Below, one piece after another: positions 1-9,384 of a stretch of 64,000 nucleotides of DNA (its first letter is position 1; every line of letters begins with the position of its first letter). The translations under genes and the position numbers were made by a program. The notes beneath the pieces were generated by a model. It had not been told where the DNA came from. It saw only the letters and a program-made list of their open reading frames with translations, and did no database searches. Origin of the DNA: Candidatus Omnitrophota bacterium (GTDB lineage: Bacteria; Omnitrophota; Gorgyraeia; Gorgyraeales; Gorgyraeaceae); contig JAHJQM010000029.1 of assembly GCA_018819285.1 (NCBI GenBank), positions 280 through 64,279 on the forward strand. The letters run 5' to 3'.

Positions 1-3000
1 ATAAGTATCTTTACTTAGCGTGTAAGTCTTGCTTGTAGCGCTTGCCTTATTTATTCTTGTCCCTTGGACATATGCAGTGCCTAAGGATATATCGCTTGTG
101 AGATTGGCTGATGTTGCAGGCTGTAATCCAGTTTCCACATATTCTGCGAAGTTTTCATAAAATCTTGTGGATGGAGAGATTACCAGTTGAGAATCGAGTA
201 TGCCCGCAGTTGCTGAAATATCAGCTGTTGTAATAGTGCCATCCGTTATCTCGGCTGATTCTATTGTCTGGCCTAATTTAGTAACAGTTGCTGATAAGGC
301 TGTATCTGCGACTTTACCTGCTGTTGCGATCTGGGACAGCTTTGTATCCGCAATGGCTGCATTTGCGTTGATATCCGCATCTACGATAGTGCCGTCACTG
401 ATCTCTCCTGATTCTATGGTTGCGCCTAAGGGTGTATTCGCAGTAGGAATTACACCTGCGCCTACAGGGATATTAGCAAGGTTTGTCAAGCTAGCACCAG
501 AAACTTTACCTGCTGTAGCAATCTGGCTAAGCTCTGAATCCGGCAAGGTTGTGGCTAAATCTAAAGAATTAGCATAGACATCCCCTTCTGAATCAACTGA
601 GAAGTTTGTCGCGCCTGCGCCTGTGGCCTGCATGTCAAAGAGTTTTGTATTAGCAACTGGGCTGGAAGAAGGTTTTATTAGTACAGGCGAAGCAACAGTA
701 TCTGTAAAGGTATTGGTTGAATTCTTCAGGACAACATTGCTAGAAAGCGCTGAGTCAGAAACCTTGCCTGCTGTTGCGATAGTAGCTAATTTTGTGTCAA
801 CTATACCTGCGTCGGCTGCCACTTCAGTATTTGTAATTGCCAGGTTAAGTTTTGACTGGGCTATTGCTGCGGTGTTAGAAACATCTGCATCTACAATTGT
901 TCCATCCAGAATCTTCGCTGATGTTATTGACGAATCAGCAATCTGGCCTCCTCCAATAGAACCAGCTTTTACCGCTAATTTATTTGAGACAATCCCAATA
1001 GTAGCGTCATCATAATCCACTGACATGCCATTTGCGCCTTTAGTAATACCCTGATTAGCGCTAAGTTTTACATCTAAGGCATTATCAGTAATTGCAAGCC
1101 CTGGATTTGTTGCAGCAAGATTTACCTGAATACCTGAATTATTTGTAATCGCACCTGCTGCATTAAGCTGCACTGCTGTACCAGCGACTTTATTGGCTGT
1201 TGTAATCTGATTTAACGAACTGTCAGATATGCCCTGAATAGTATTATTTGCGCCGTTGATAGTTTTATTAGTGAGTATCTGGCTGCCTGCCAAAGTAGCA
1301 ACAACAGTATTATCTACGCTTATTATTGTACCGCTATTTGTAAGGCCTGTGCCCCATGTATAAGCTGTGGCGCCTGAAAATGCGACCCAGCTTGCGCCAT
1401 TATAAACATAGCCTGCATTATCTGCCCTGTTAAATACTGCATAGCTTTGCAGGGGCGCTGTGAAATCCCATGTTGAACCATTATAAACAGCAATTTTGTT
1501 ATCTTGTCCGTTCCATACGTCTATACCAGTTGACTTAACTATGTATCTCGCTCCATTTGCAGGGCTTGCCGGAGGAGTTGTTTGTATCGCTATTACAGGA
1601 TCTTTCCAGTGAAGACCTGCTATAGCGTTATCAACATATGTCTTGTTAGCTGCATCACCGCCTTGATTAGGGACGCCCAAATCTGTTACCTTATTGCCTC
1701 CCATCTGAATATCCGCAGCCATGATGCCAAGGGTTGTATCTGTTCCCTGGGTATGACTTTTTGTTATAGCGTCATTTATATTTGCGCTGTCTAATAATTT
1801 TGAGGTCTGAATCCCTGCTGTTCCAGAAACCATTGCATCTGTAAGGCCGCCAACCGGGATAATGCCTGCTGTACCAGCGCCTGCTGTAGGTAAATCAGTC
1901 GCTGAATGGCTATGCGAAAAATTGGCTGCGCCTATATCACCGGCTGATAAATTATTAGCGCCTATTTTATATTTTGCGCCGCCTGGGATATTGACGCCTG
2001 CAAAAGTATCTGTTGCGCCAGCCTGCCCTGCAATATTTAAATAATTGCCGGTGGTATCATAAGTGATGTTAACATTGCCGGAACCTCCGCCACCTATGAT
2101 ATAGCCTGATCCCTGCGCTGGTTCTGTTACGCCTCCTGTCAAGCCTGTATTAACTCCAAATGTAGCGTTTGAAGTGCCGCTCGTGGATGTAGGGCCAATC
2201 AGATTTGCTGCGGTCAATGTGCCTGCAATATTCACACTACTAGAGAAGTCAAATTGATTAAGGGTCTTGTTCCATTTGAGAAATTTATCATTAGGGGATA
2301 CCCCATTCCCAAAACTCAGCTTAATATCATTATCAGCAGGGCTTAAAATAGACGCTATTGCAAAATCTTGAGAAGTTGTGCCAGGCGCGCCCAATAACCC
2401 TCCGTCTTCATCATTTCCGTGATGATGGGGCGCGATATTTCCAACGATAGTTGGAGACGCAAAAAATCTCCAGCGTTCATATTGAAACACGTCTCCTGTG
2501 GCAGGAAATTTAATATCTATGCCTATATCCTGGCCGGTTGAAGATATCAGTGAAACTGTTGAACCCCTGCTCATATCCTGTCCCCAGTTGCCATACCAGT
2601 TATAAGTACCGGCAGTAGCAGAATTGGGATTCCACATAATGCTCCATCCGAATTTCGTAGGAGGAAGAATAGGATTGCCTTCATTATCAAACGTGACTTC
2701 TGTCCAGATTTCAACATTCTGCGCAGAAGAAAATAGCGCAGAGCTCAATTCTCCGCTCATCGTAATATTAAGAGTGCCCTGATTGTTTGGATCGCGCATA
2801 GGAGGCGAGATATAAGCCTTTGATCTTTGCCCTATAATTTCTGAAAGTTTGATTATACCTGTGTTTGAATCCACAAAAGTCAATTCACCTGTCACGGGAT
2901 CTTTGAATATACGAGCCTCGCTGGGTTTATATGACGCCTCCTTATTGAAACTGTTATAGGTGGACTGTTCAGGAGACATGCCATATGCCTTAAATTCCCA

Positions 3001-6000
3001 CTGGTCTCCGCCTTTAAACCCTGTAGTATCGCTAAATCTTATCTTTATGCCAAAATTCAGATCAGTATCATTTGCGGAGATTGTCAGTCCTGGGCTAGCA
3101 GGATACCATGTTTCAGTCCATGGCTGCCAGGAAGTAGAAGCCCATTCATTCATAGGGTCAATACATTCCACATAACGATATTTAATGTAAGGCGATGGGG
3201 TGTCATAAGCACCCATGACTCTTACCTGGAATTTTCTCATAACCCTTTCTACGTAGTTTCCGCTCACATCCATCTTTACAGAGCCTGGATTAAGCGGAGC
3301 TGCTTGGGTAGAATGAATATTGATAAAGTCGTATGGCACTCGGTCAACTGTGCCGCTTCCGCCTGCTGTTCCGCTCATGCCAGGATCTTCTGAAAAGAAA
3401 TCTATACCTCTTGTCCTTACAAACTGATCAACTGAAAGAATTCCGCCTCTGCCATCAGCAGAACGGCCGATTTTCATTGTTCCATATATTGACTGATCTC
3501 CTGTATCAATTATTGAAGTTGGAGAATATTTCGGCAAAACTTTTCCTTCTACTAATTGCACAGCGTCAAACCGCGCAAACTCAGTATCATTAGCACCGCT
3601 GGTCTGCTGGCAAAGTAAAAAGATATCGACATCTGAACCAATGCCATCTGTTTTAAAAGAACCTTTATTTTCAACAAAAGTAGAGCTCGAACTTACCAAT
3701 GGTTTAAACGTACCTCTTACAACTGCATTATTTGCATGGTTGGCAGCTGTAGTATTATTAATACCTCGCATAACGTTTGTAAATGAGATATCTGTTTTTC
3801 CTGTGTAATTAAATAATTCATCGTCTATTAATATTGTGCCACCTTGGGGAAAATTTGAAGTGCTTGTCACTAAGATAGTAGCTGTAGAGCTCCCGTCCAA
3901 AGTAGCGCTTGCGCTTACTCCTGATGTTATAGTTGTGCTTGGCACATAGTGGCCTGAGATATCAAGTATTGCCTTTGTAGTAACAGGATTAGTGCTCATT
4001 AAAGCAGCGCCTATAGAATACCATGTATTTGGTTCAAGGCCTGTCATTGTCTGTTTTATGCCTGCGTCATTACCGCTACCAGGCGCCCCTATTAAATAAT
4101 TTAAACCTCTTTTACCAACCCATTCATTTATTGCAACTGCGGATTTACCGTCAAAAAAGTCTGTGTTAAATGTTCCTGTATTGCCGGTTCCTGTCTTAAA
4201 AAGAGCTGGGGAGTGCTGGGCAATCTTTCCTTCTACCCATATCCATTCATCAGGCGCAAAGTTACTCCATCCGCCCCTATACCCTGTAGTAGTGTCATTA
4301 TAAACTCCTGTCTGAGCATAAGATGGGTCATATCCTGCAAATTTTTCAAACCCGGAAAACGCCTCAAATGAACCATTTTTTATTGCATTTCTAAAATCAT
4401 GCGCGAGCCTTCCGCCTGCTTCTATCTGAAATACTGCATCGCCTACTGTCGGGTCATATATATTAAAAGAACCATCTGAAGAGATATCAAAAAGCGCTTT
4501 TTCGTATTTAGCGAAGTCAACGCCTGGCTGAGGAATACTGACCACGCTGAATTTTTGTTTAGAGTAGCTGGCATCGTTCAATACATCAGGATCTAATTTA
4601 ATCGCATAATACTGGTTATATCTTCCTGTATTTACATCCCTATTCACTCCAAAGTTTAAATATGCAGGAGATGCGGTTGGTATGACTGCCTGGTCTGAAA
4701 AAATAAATGCGCCTAAACCATCTGTCCCTGCGTCTGTATCATACCAGAGGTACTGATAATTACCCTCGTTGATACCAAGCTTTAGGACGCCGTCTGAATC
4801 AGAATCTGCGCCGCCGCCTAGCTTAGCAGTATTTGTAGCTATTGCAAGCGATGCGCTTGCATTTGATTGTGTAATGGATGAAAGCGCGTCTCCGCCGCTT
4901 GTATCGATCTGCACATCGCCATCTGCTTCTACTGTCAGATGCGAAAGCGCTGTAGAATCTTGGATCTCGAGAAGGTTTGCGGTCTGTCCTCCCATGCCTT
5001 TTAAAATTAAAGGCGTTGCTGTGGTGTCAGCTGCTGTGATAGTCTGGGTTGATGCAGGAGCGAGCACGGGCACGCCTGTTAATACGAAATCTAATTTGCC
5101 TCCGGCATCATCATAAGTCACGTCAATATTAGTTTCAGTATTGCCAGTTACCATGCCTCCCGCGTAATCTTCAACCTGTTCCTGGTTAAGCACAGTATCT
5201 ACGTACGAAGAAGTTATTGTTATTGTATTTGCTCCATCATCTGGCGTAATAGTAACATTTGGACCTGCTACCAGGTCTATGTTCCCGCCGTCATTTGTAA
5301 CGCTATTTATGGAAGACACGACATTTACATTTAAATCAGCTGCTGTCAAAGAGTCGTTTACCACGGAAGCAGAGTTCACTGAAGCAGTACTTACAAGGCC
5401 TACGTTATCCACGCTAAATTTGGATGAGCCTCCTACCTGAAGGTCTAAAAGTTTATTGCCTGCTCCTGGCGCTGAGGTTTCTGTAACGTTTAATTTTATA
5501 CCTGTGTAATCGCCTGAAGTGGCTTTATTAATCGTAGCTGCTAAATCATACGCCGATTCATCCCCTGTTGCGGCCGAACGCGTTACTGTCGAAGTTACGC
5601 CATAGCCTGATGCTGGAGACAGGTCAAGGTTTATACCACTTGTAACAATACTTGTACCTGCAGTGCTTAAAGTTATATCCCCTGTCACTGTCCCGCCTGC
5701 CAATGGCAGATAATTTGATGCGGTAATATCATTTGCCACTTCATCATCAGCCCATGGATGAGCTGTATTATCCCAGTCTCCTGTAATAGTTTCCGTGGAA
5801 TTTAGTTTCGGAATATTTGATGAATCTGAAAGATCGCTTGAAGCTATTTGAGAACCGTTGATTTTATAGTTTGCGCCTGCAGGAATATTTATGCCGCCAG
5901 TGACCCCTGCTATATCCAGATTACTTGTACCAGAATTAACTTTGATAGTAACGTCGCTGCCTGTGCCGCCTTCAATAACAAGGCCTGCTCCGTTTGCAGC

Positions 6001-8076
6001 AGCTAAACCAGCATTGTCTGAGTCTATCGTAAATGTAAGATTTGTAGTAGAGACTTCATCGCCTGAAGCGCTTGAGGCAAAAGTTATAGTATTGGCAGTG
6101 TCATTTGGCGTAATTGTCATATTTGCGCCTTCCACAAAATCTATATCACCACCGTCATTGGTTACGCCGTCTATTGAAGAAACTACATTGCCTGAAAGCG
6201 TCCCCACTGCATGGGTATGAAGGCTATCAGCGTTGGAAACAGCGCCTGCTGTAAGCGTAGTAAGATTAGCAGCTGTAACTCCTGCGCCTGCGCTGGCTAG
6301 TTTATTCAGTTCGGCTGCTGTTGAAGTAACCTGCGTATCGCCTATATAAAAAGTTGTGGTATTTATAGCGCCAGAAACATTAAGTTTATACGTATCTGTT
6401 GTAGTTGTGCCTATCCCTACGTTATCTGTAATGGTCAAGAGATATATTCCTGTGCCGCCATCTGTCCAGCCACCTGCTGTTGCTGGCGTAACATTATCCG
6501 CGTATGCCTTTGTTACTGCATGACTAGCAGCAGTAGGGGTTGCTACTGATACTGTGCCTGCGAATGACGCGTTCCCTGAATTATCTACATAGAAGGCTTG
6601 TGTTGTACCGTCTAGGCCTGCATACGCGTCTATCAGGTAATTATCTCCTGTTGGAAGGCTTGTTTCTGTGGCTTGAATTTTTAGAGCAGTGTAAGAACCA
6701 GTTTTTGTAGCGCCTGTATAATTTACAGTTGGAGCAACATTTAAACCAATCGCAGTGGTTGTTGAATTTATTCCGCCATCTTGAAATGTTGGCTGAATAC
6801 TGGCTAAAGTTGGTGTTCCTGACGTGGAAGAATCTGTCTTTGAGACAGCAAAATTATCTGCAACAGTTAATACGCCTGTAGAATTAGAAACATTCCCTTT
6901 TAAGTCAGAAGCGCCTGTTACAGTAAGGCTGGCTAAAGTTGTATCGCCTAAAGACGTAGTGCCGCTTGAAGAGATATCCCCATAGATAGTACCGTCAACT
7001 TCTAAATCGCCCTGCACATACAGTTCCCCTGTAGAAAGCGCATATGCATTTGATGCCTCGCTCGCGCCTATTATTACTCTCTGACCTGCAAATTGCGCAG
7101 CAGGGCCTGTGGACGCCTGGTTTATATCCAGGGCGGCTGATGTGCCTGAATAATCCAAGTCAATATTTGAATTCATGTCGAGAGCGCTATTCAACATAGC
7201 TGCGCCGCTAACTGTTAAAGCGCCTGTTACATCCAAGCCATTGTTTGCGTCTACATTACCTCCGAATGTAACCTGGTTACTAGCGCCGATCTGAGTCAAC
7301 GCATCTGCTATAGTAACTGCTCCGCTTGAATTAGAAATATTTCCGCGTAAATCAGAAGTGTTTGTTACTACAATGCTTGAAAACGTGCTGTTGCCGCCGG
7401 TAGAAGCAATTGTGCCATAGATAGTCCCTGCAACTGTTAAATCATTTGACATGTTAACATTTCCAGTATCATTATCGACCAGCAAAAAGTTAGTTGTGCC
7501 GTCTGTGATTTTAAAATCGCCTGAAGTGGAATCAATAGTTATGACTACATCCCCTGTTCCTGTAGGATTTACTTCTATGTTTTGATTCGGCCCTCCTGTA
7601 AGAGACAATGCGCCTGTTGGAGCGCTGGCCAAAAAATCAGACGCGTCATAGCCATCCAGCTTATCTGCGTTTATAGCATACGCTACTGATGTAAGCCGCT
7701 GTCTGGGCGTCATTTCGCCATCTGACTCTACTTCCACAGAATACCAGTAAGGCGCATTAAAATCCAAGCTATCCAATACCTCGCTATTTCCAAGTAATAT
7801 ACTGAATATACCCCTGGTAACAGTAGCCGATTGAGTCTCTGTCCATAGCTTAATACCGCCTGATTCTGCGTCATATATCCTGATAGTGATACTAACATCA
7901 CCTGTGACAGGATCATCATTGGCATCTGTGAGCTTGCCTTGATAATTAATAAACCTGGGTATTTGAGCTTGCGCCCCAGGCGGCGCAATCGCTATAAACG
8001 ATAACATAAAGATCAGCACCAAAATATGCCAAAATCTCATTCCTCTTAAAATCCTTTTCATTGTCATGGTAATCAT
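1..8076 (-). CDS. giant secreted repeat protein, N-terminal >=2,690 codons (3' end runs off the window start)
   Basis: Own minus-strand translation. AGGAGG (rc of 8085-8090) lies 8 nt upstream of ATG at 8076. N-terminus MITMTMKRILRGMRFWHILVLIFMLSFIAIAPPGAQA is signal-peptide-like, followed by QIPRFINYQGKLTDANDDPVTGDVSITIRIYDAESGGIKLWTETQ. Spot checks keep the frame open: 4020-3961 gives YSIGAALMSTNPVTTKAILD, 1020-961 gives VDYDDATIGIVSNKLAVKAG, 60-1 gives TRINKASATSKTYTLSKDTY. It is absent from the ORF track presumably because no stop falls inside the window. Plus-strand ORFs 200..6220 are low-complexity antisense shadows. Confidence 0.75.
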   Translation of the reverse strand, partial: MITMTMKRILRGMRFWHILVLIFMLSFIAIAPPGAQAQIPRFINYQGKLTDANDDPVTGDVSITIRIYDAESGGIKLWTETQSATVTRGIFSILLGNSEVLDSLDFNAPYWYSVEVESDGEMTPRQRLTSVAYAINADKLDGYDASDFLASAPTGALSLTGGPNQNIEVNPTGTGDVVITIDSTSGDFKITDGTTNFLLVDNDTGNVNMSNDLTVAGTIYGTIASTGGNSTFSSIVVTNTSDLRGNISNSSGAVTIADALTQIGASNQVTFGGNVDANNGLDVTGALTVSGAAMLNSALDMNSNIDLDYSGTSAALDINQASTGPAAQFAGQRVIIGASEASNAYALSTGELYVQGDLEVDGTIYGDISSSGTTSLGDTTLASLTVTGASDLKGNVSNSTGVLTVADNFAVSKTDSSTSGTPTLASIQPTFQDGGINSTTTAIGLNVAPTVNYTGATKTGSYTALKIQATETSLPTGDNYLIDAYAGLDGTTQAFYVDNSGNASFAGTVSVATPTAASHAVTKAYADNVTPATAGGWTDGGTGIYLLTITDNVGIGTTTTDTYKLNVSGAINTTTFYIGDTQVTSTAAELNKLASAGAGVTAANLTTLTAGAVSNADSLHTHAVGTLSGNVVSSIDGVTNDGGDIDFVEGANMTITPNDTANTITFASSASGDEVSTTNLTFTIDSDNAGLAAANGAGLVIEGGTGSDVTIKVNSGTSNLDIAGVTGGINIPAGANYKINGSQIASSDLSDSSNIPKLNSTETITGDWDNTAHPWADDEVANDITASNYLPLAGGTVTGDITLSTAGTSIVTSGINLDLSPASGYGVTSTVTRSAATGDESAYDLAATINKATSGDYTGIKLNVTETSAPGAGNKLLDLQVGGSSKFSVDNVGLVSTASVNSASVVNDSLTAADLNVNVVSSINSVTNDGGNIDLVAGPNVTITPDDGANTITITSSYVDTVLNQEQVEDYAGGMVTGNTETNIDVTYDDAGGKLDFVLTGVPVLAPASTQTITAADTTATPLILKGMGGQTANLLEIQDSTALSHLTVEADGDVQIDTSGGDALSSITQSNASASLAIATNTAKLGGGADSDSDGVLKLGINEGNYQYLWYDTDAGTDGLGAFIFSDQAVIPTASPAYLNFGVNRDVNTGRYNQYYAIKLDPDVLNDASYSKQKFSVVSIPQPGVDFAKYEKALFDISSDGSFNIYDPTVGDAVFQIEAGGRLAHDFRNAIKNGSFEAFSGFEKFAGYDPSYAQTGVYNDTTTGYRGGWSNFAPDEWIWVEGKIAQHSPALFKTGTGNTGTFNTDFFDGKSAVAINEWVGKRGLNYLIGAPGSGNDAGIKQTMTGLEPNTWYSIGAALMSTNPVTTKAILDISGHYVPSTTITSGVSASATLDGSSTATILVTSTSNFPQGGTILIDDELFNYTGKTDISFTNVMRGINNTTAANHANNAVVRGTFKPLVSSSSTFVENKGSFKTDGIGSDVDIFLLCQQTSGANDTEFARFDAVQLVEGKVLPKYSPTSIIDTGDQSIYGTMKIGRSADGRGGILSVDQFVRTRGIDFFSEDPGMSGTAGGSGTVDRVPYDFINIHSTQAAPLNPGSVKMDVSGNYVERVMRKFQVRVMGAYDTPSPYIKYRYVECIDPMNEWASTSWQPWTETWYPASPGLTISANDTDLNFGIKIRFSDTTGFKGGDQWEFKAYGMSPEQSTYNSFNKEASYKPSEARIFKDPVTGELTFVDSNTGIIKLSEIIGQRSKAYISPPMRDPNNQGTLNITMSGELSSALFSSAQNVEIWTEVTFDNEGNPILPPTKFGWSIMWNPNSATAGTYNWYGNWGQDMSRGSTVSLISSTGQDIGIDIKFPATGDVFQYERWRFFASPTIVGNIAPHHHGNDEDGGLLGAPGTTSQDFAIASILSPADNDIKLSFGNGVSPNDKFLKWNKTLNQFDFSSSVNIAGTLTAANLIGPTSTSGTSNATFGVNTGLTGGVTEPAQGSGYIIGGGGSGNVNITYDTTGNYLNIAGQAGATDTFAGVNIPGGAKYKIGANNLSAGDIGAANFSHSHSATDLPTAGAGTAGIIPVGGLTDAMVSGTAGIQTSKLLDSANINDAITKSHTQGTDTTLGIMAADIQMGGNKVTDLGVPNQGGDAANKTYVDNAIAGLHWKDPVIAIQTTPPASPANGARYIVKSTGIDVWNGQDNKIAVYNGSTWDFTAPLQSYAVFNRADNAGYVYNGASWVAFSGATAYTWGTGLTNSGTIISVDNTVVATLAGSQILTNKTINGANNTIQGISDSSLNQITTANKVAGTAVQLNAAGAITNNSGIQVNLAATNPGLAITDNALDVKLSANQGITKGANGMSVDYDDATIGIVSNKLAVKAGSIGGGQIADSSITSAKILDGTIVDADVSNTAAIAQSKLNLAITNTEVAADAGIVDTKLATIATAGKVSDSALSSNVVLKNSTNTFTDTVASPVLIKPSSSPVANTKLFDMQATGAGATNFSVDSEGDVYANSLDLATTLPDSELSQIATAGKVSGASLTNLANIPVGAGVIPTANTPLGATIESGEISDGTIVDADINANAAIADTKLSQIATAGKVADTALSATVTKLGQTIESAEITDGTITTADISATAGILDSQLVISPSTRFYENFAEYVETGLQPATSANLTSDISLGTAYVQGTRINKASATSKTYTLSKDTY

Positions 8077-8084
8077 TTTAACCG

Positions 8085-8100
8085 CCTCCTTTTTAGGAGG
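8085..8100 (-). promoter_or_regulatory. SD/anti-SD hairpin (CCUCCU-AAAA-AGGAGG) at the RBS of the giant gene
   Basis: The plus strand reads cctcctttttaggagg. On the mRNA this is CCUCCUAAAAAGGAGG immediately followed by CGGUUAAA-AUG, so the SD could be sequestered in a 6-bp stem. Confidence 0.4.
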
Positions 8101-8148
8101 TAACTGCAGAGCTCGCTCCATATAGAGCAAGCGCTGTAGTTACACCCG

Positions 8149-8763
8149 TCAAAGCTCTTTGCTATTTTTCTCTTCACCTGTCTTTCCACTGGAAAGCACA
8201 GGAATATTTCCAGGAATAACCTTCCATTTCTTGCTCATCATTTCACCGTTACTTACAGGAGTAGCAGAGCGAACGCCAGTAAACTCCGCGCCAGAATTCG
8301 ATATCAATTTTGCAACCTGTTTTATATTTTTATTATTCGTATAAACCACAAATATAGCAGTTACCAAAACAAATACGGAAATAAAAGATAAAACCGCAAG
8401 GTCATATCTAAATCTCTTAGGTGCGCCAGAAGGAATACTGGCAACCTCGGCATCAATATTGTTCGAGCGGTCAGGAGAGTATGCTGCGGAAGCAGAGTCG
8501 AGAACCTTCTGTCCTAGTATTATCTTTTCCAATTCTTCCAGCCCTTCAAAATTTTTATTCAACTTGTAATATTTTAAATTGGCCTCTTCTTCAGTAATCA
8601 AAATTCCAATATTAGTTAATTTCATAAGCTGCCTTCTCAGTGGGCTTAATGATTCCTCTAATAATCTTTCTAGCTCTCTTAGATAATATCTATCATCTAT
8701 ATTAGAGAGAAATAATTTGAGAATTTTCAATCTGGTCTTTGAATTTACCAATTTCTCAATCAT
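8149..8763 (-). CDS. membrane-anchored winged-HTH transcriptional regulator (ArsR/PadR-like N-terminus, one TM helix, C-terminal extracytoplasmic tail)
   Basis: 204-aa ORF. The N-terminus KTRLKILKLFLSNIDDRYYLRELERLL...RRQLMKLTNIGIL resembles a wHTH. The hydrophobic segment LAVLSFISVFVLVTAIFVVY is a likely TM helix. SD AAGGAGGG precedes the ATG at 8763. It lies directly upstream of, and co-directional with, the giant gene. Confidence 0.55.
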   Translation of the reverse strand: MIEKLVNSKTRLKILKLFLSNIDDRYYLRELERLLEESLSPLRRQLMKLTNIGILITEEEANLKYYKLNKNFEGLEELEKIILGQKVLDSASAAYSPDRSNNIDAEVASIPSGAPKRFRYDLAVLSFISVFVLVTAIFVVYTNNKNIKQVAKLISNSGAEFTGVRSATPVSNGEMMSKKWKVIPGNIPVLSSGKTGEEKNSKEL

Positions 8764-8892
8764 TTCTCCCTCCTTTCCGCCTGAAACATCTGTGCCCTTT
8801 TAGGGCACATTTAAGACAACAAGAAAATCGCCTTCGGCGATGACCTTCTGCGATTTTCAGTGGTTGGGAAAGTGTTTTATACTTTCCCAACC

Positions 8893-8929
8893 ATAAAAAA
8901 AGCTCATTTTTCCATCGAAAAATGAGCTA
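8893..8929 (-). terminator. candidate intrinsic terminator (11-bp stem AGCTCATTTTT/AAAAATGAGCT followed by a U tract on the minus strand)
   Basis: Plus strand 8901-8929 reads agctcatttttccatcgaaaaatgagct and is preceded by aaaaaa at 8895-8900. On the minus strand this is a hairpin followed by UUUUUU. The stem is AT-rich, so strength is uncertain. Confidence 0.35.
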
Positions 8930-9225
8930 CTTTAAAACCTTTTATCTTATCCTTTTGGCAGCTGACAACCATGAGTCCCTCCGGACTATTAGGCTCTAAA
9001 GCTTTGCGCCCCATTCTTTCGAATGGTTTACCCTTATCAATGAGATTTTTTTTATTCCAACTTCTCTCTCTACTCAAAAGTATACCACATATTAGACCTC
9101 TAGTCAAGATGTGTCCCCTCTCGAGTGAAAAAATACCTTTTTAAACGACTTTAACTAGTTTCAAGTATACCACCTCAAAAAATACTTGTCAATATATTGT
9201 GGATATTTTTTCTTAACCCACTATA

Positions 9226-9255
9226 AGTATAATACATTTCAATATGTTGTGTCAA
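9226..9255 (-). promoter_or_regulatory. candidate sigma70-like promoter (TTGACA-18-TATACT) on the minus strand
   Basis: The minus strand reads TTGACAcaacatattgaaatgtatTATACT. It could drive a roughly 330-nt unit that ends at the 8893-8929 terminator and contains the 67-aa ORF 8904..9107. Confidence 0.35.
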
Positions 9256-9340
9256 TAAAAATTATGCACACAATTAGCATTCTACGGCCTATTAACTCTA
9301 TTCTACGCCTTTATGCTCTAAGTAACTCCCGGTAACTCGT

Positions 9341-9375
9341 AAGTTGACACTCTAACAATGTTAGAGTGTCAACTT
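9341..9375. repeat. REP-A palindrome copy 1 (aagttgacactctaacaatgttagagtgtcaactt, perfect 17-bp arms)
   Basis: 35-nt perfect inverted repeat 10 nt after the rluD stop (9385-9387). It is the consensus member of a dispersed family. Confidence 0.9.
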
Positions 9376-9384
9376 GTTTGAGTT

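Noticed and set aside
200-6220. Eight plus-strand ORFs (60-130 aa) with Ala/Val/Ser/Pro-rich low-complexity translations
   Set aside because: They are antisense shadows of the giant minus-strand ORF. They lack RBS and have repetitive composition.
7728-7988. Minus-strand 86-aa ORF (TTG start) in the track
   Set aside because: It lies in the +1 frame inside the N-terminal region of the giant ORF, whose frame gives a signal peptide and a conserved domain. So this ORF is spurious.
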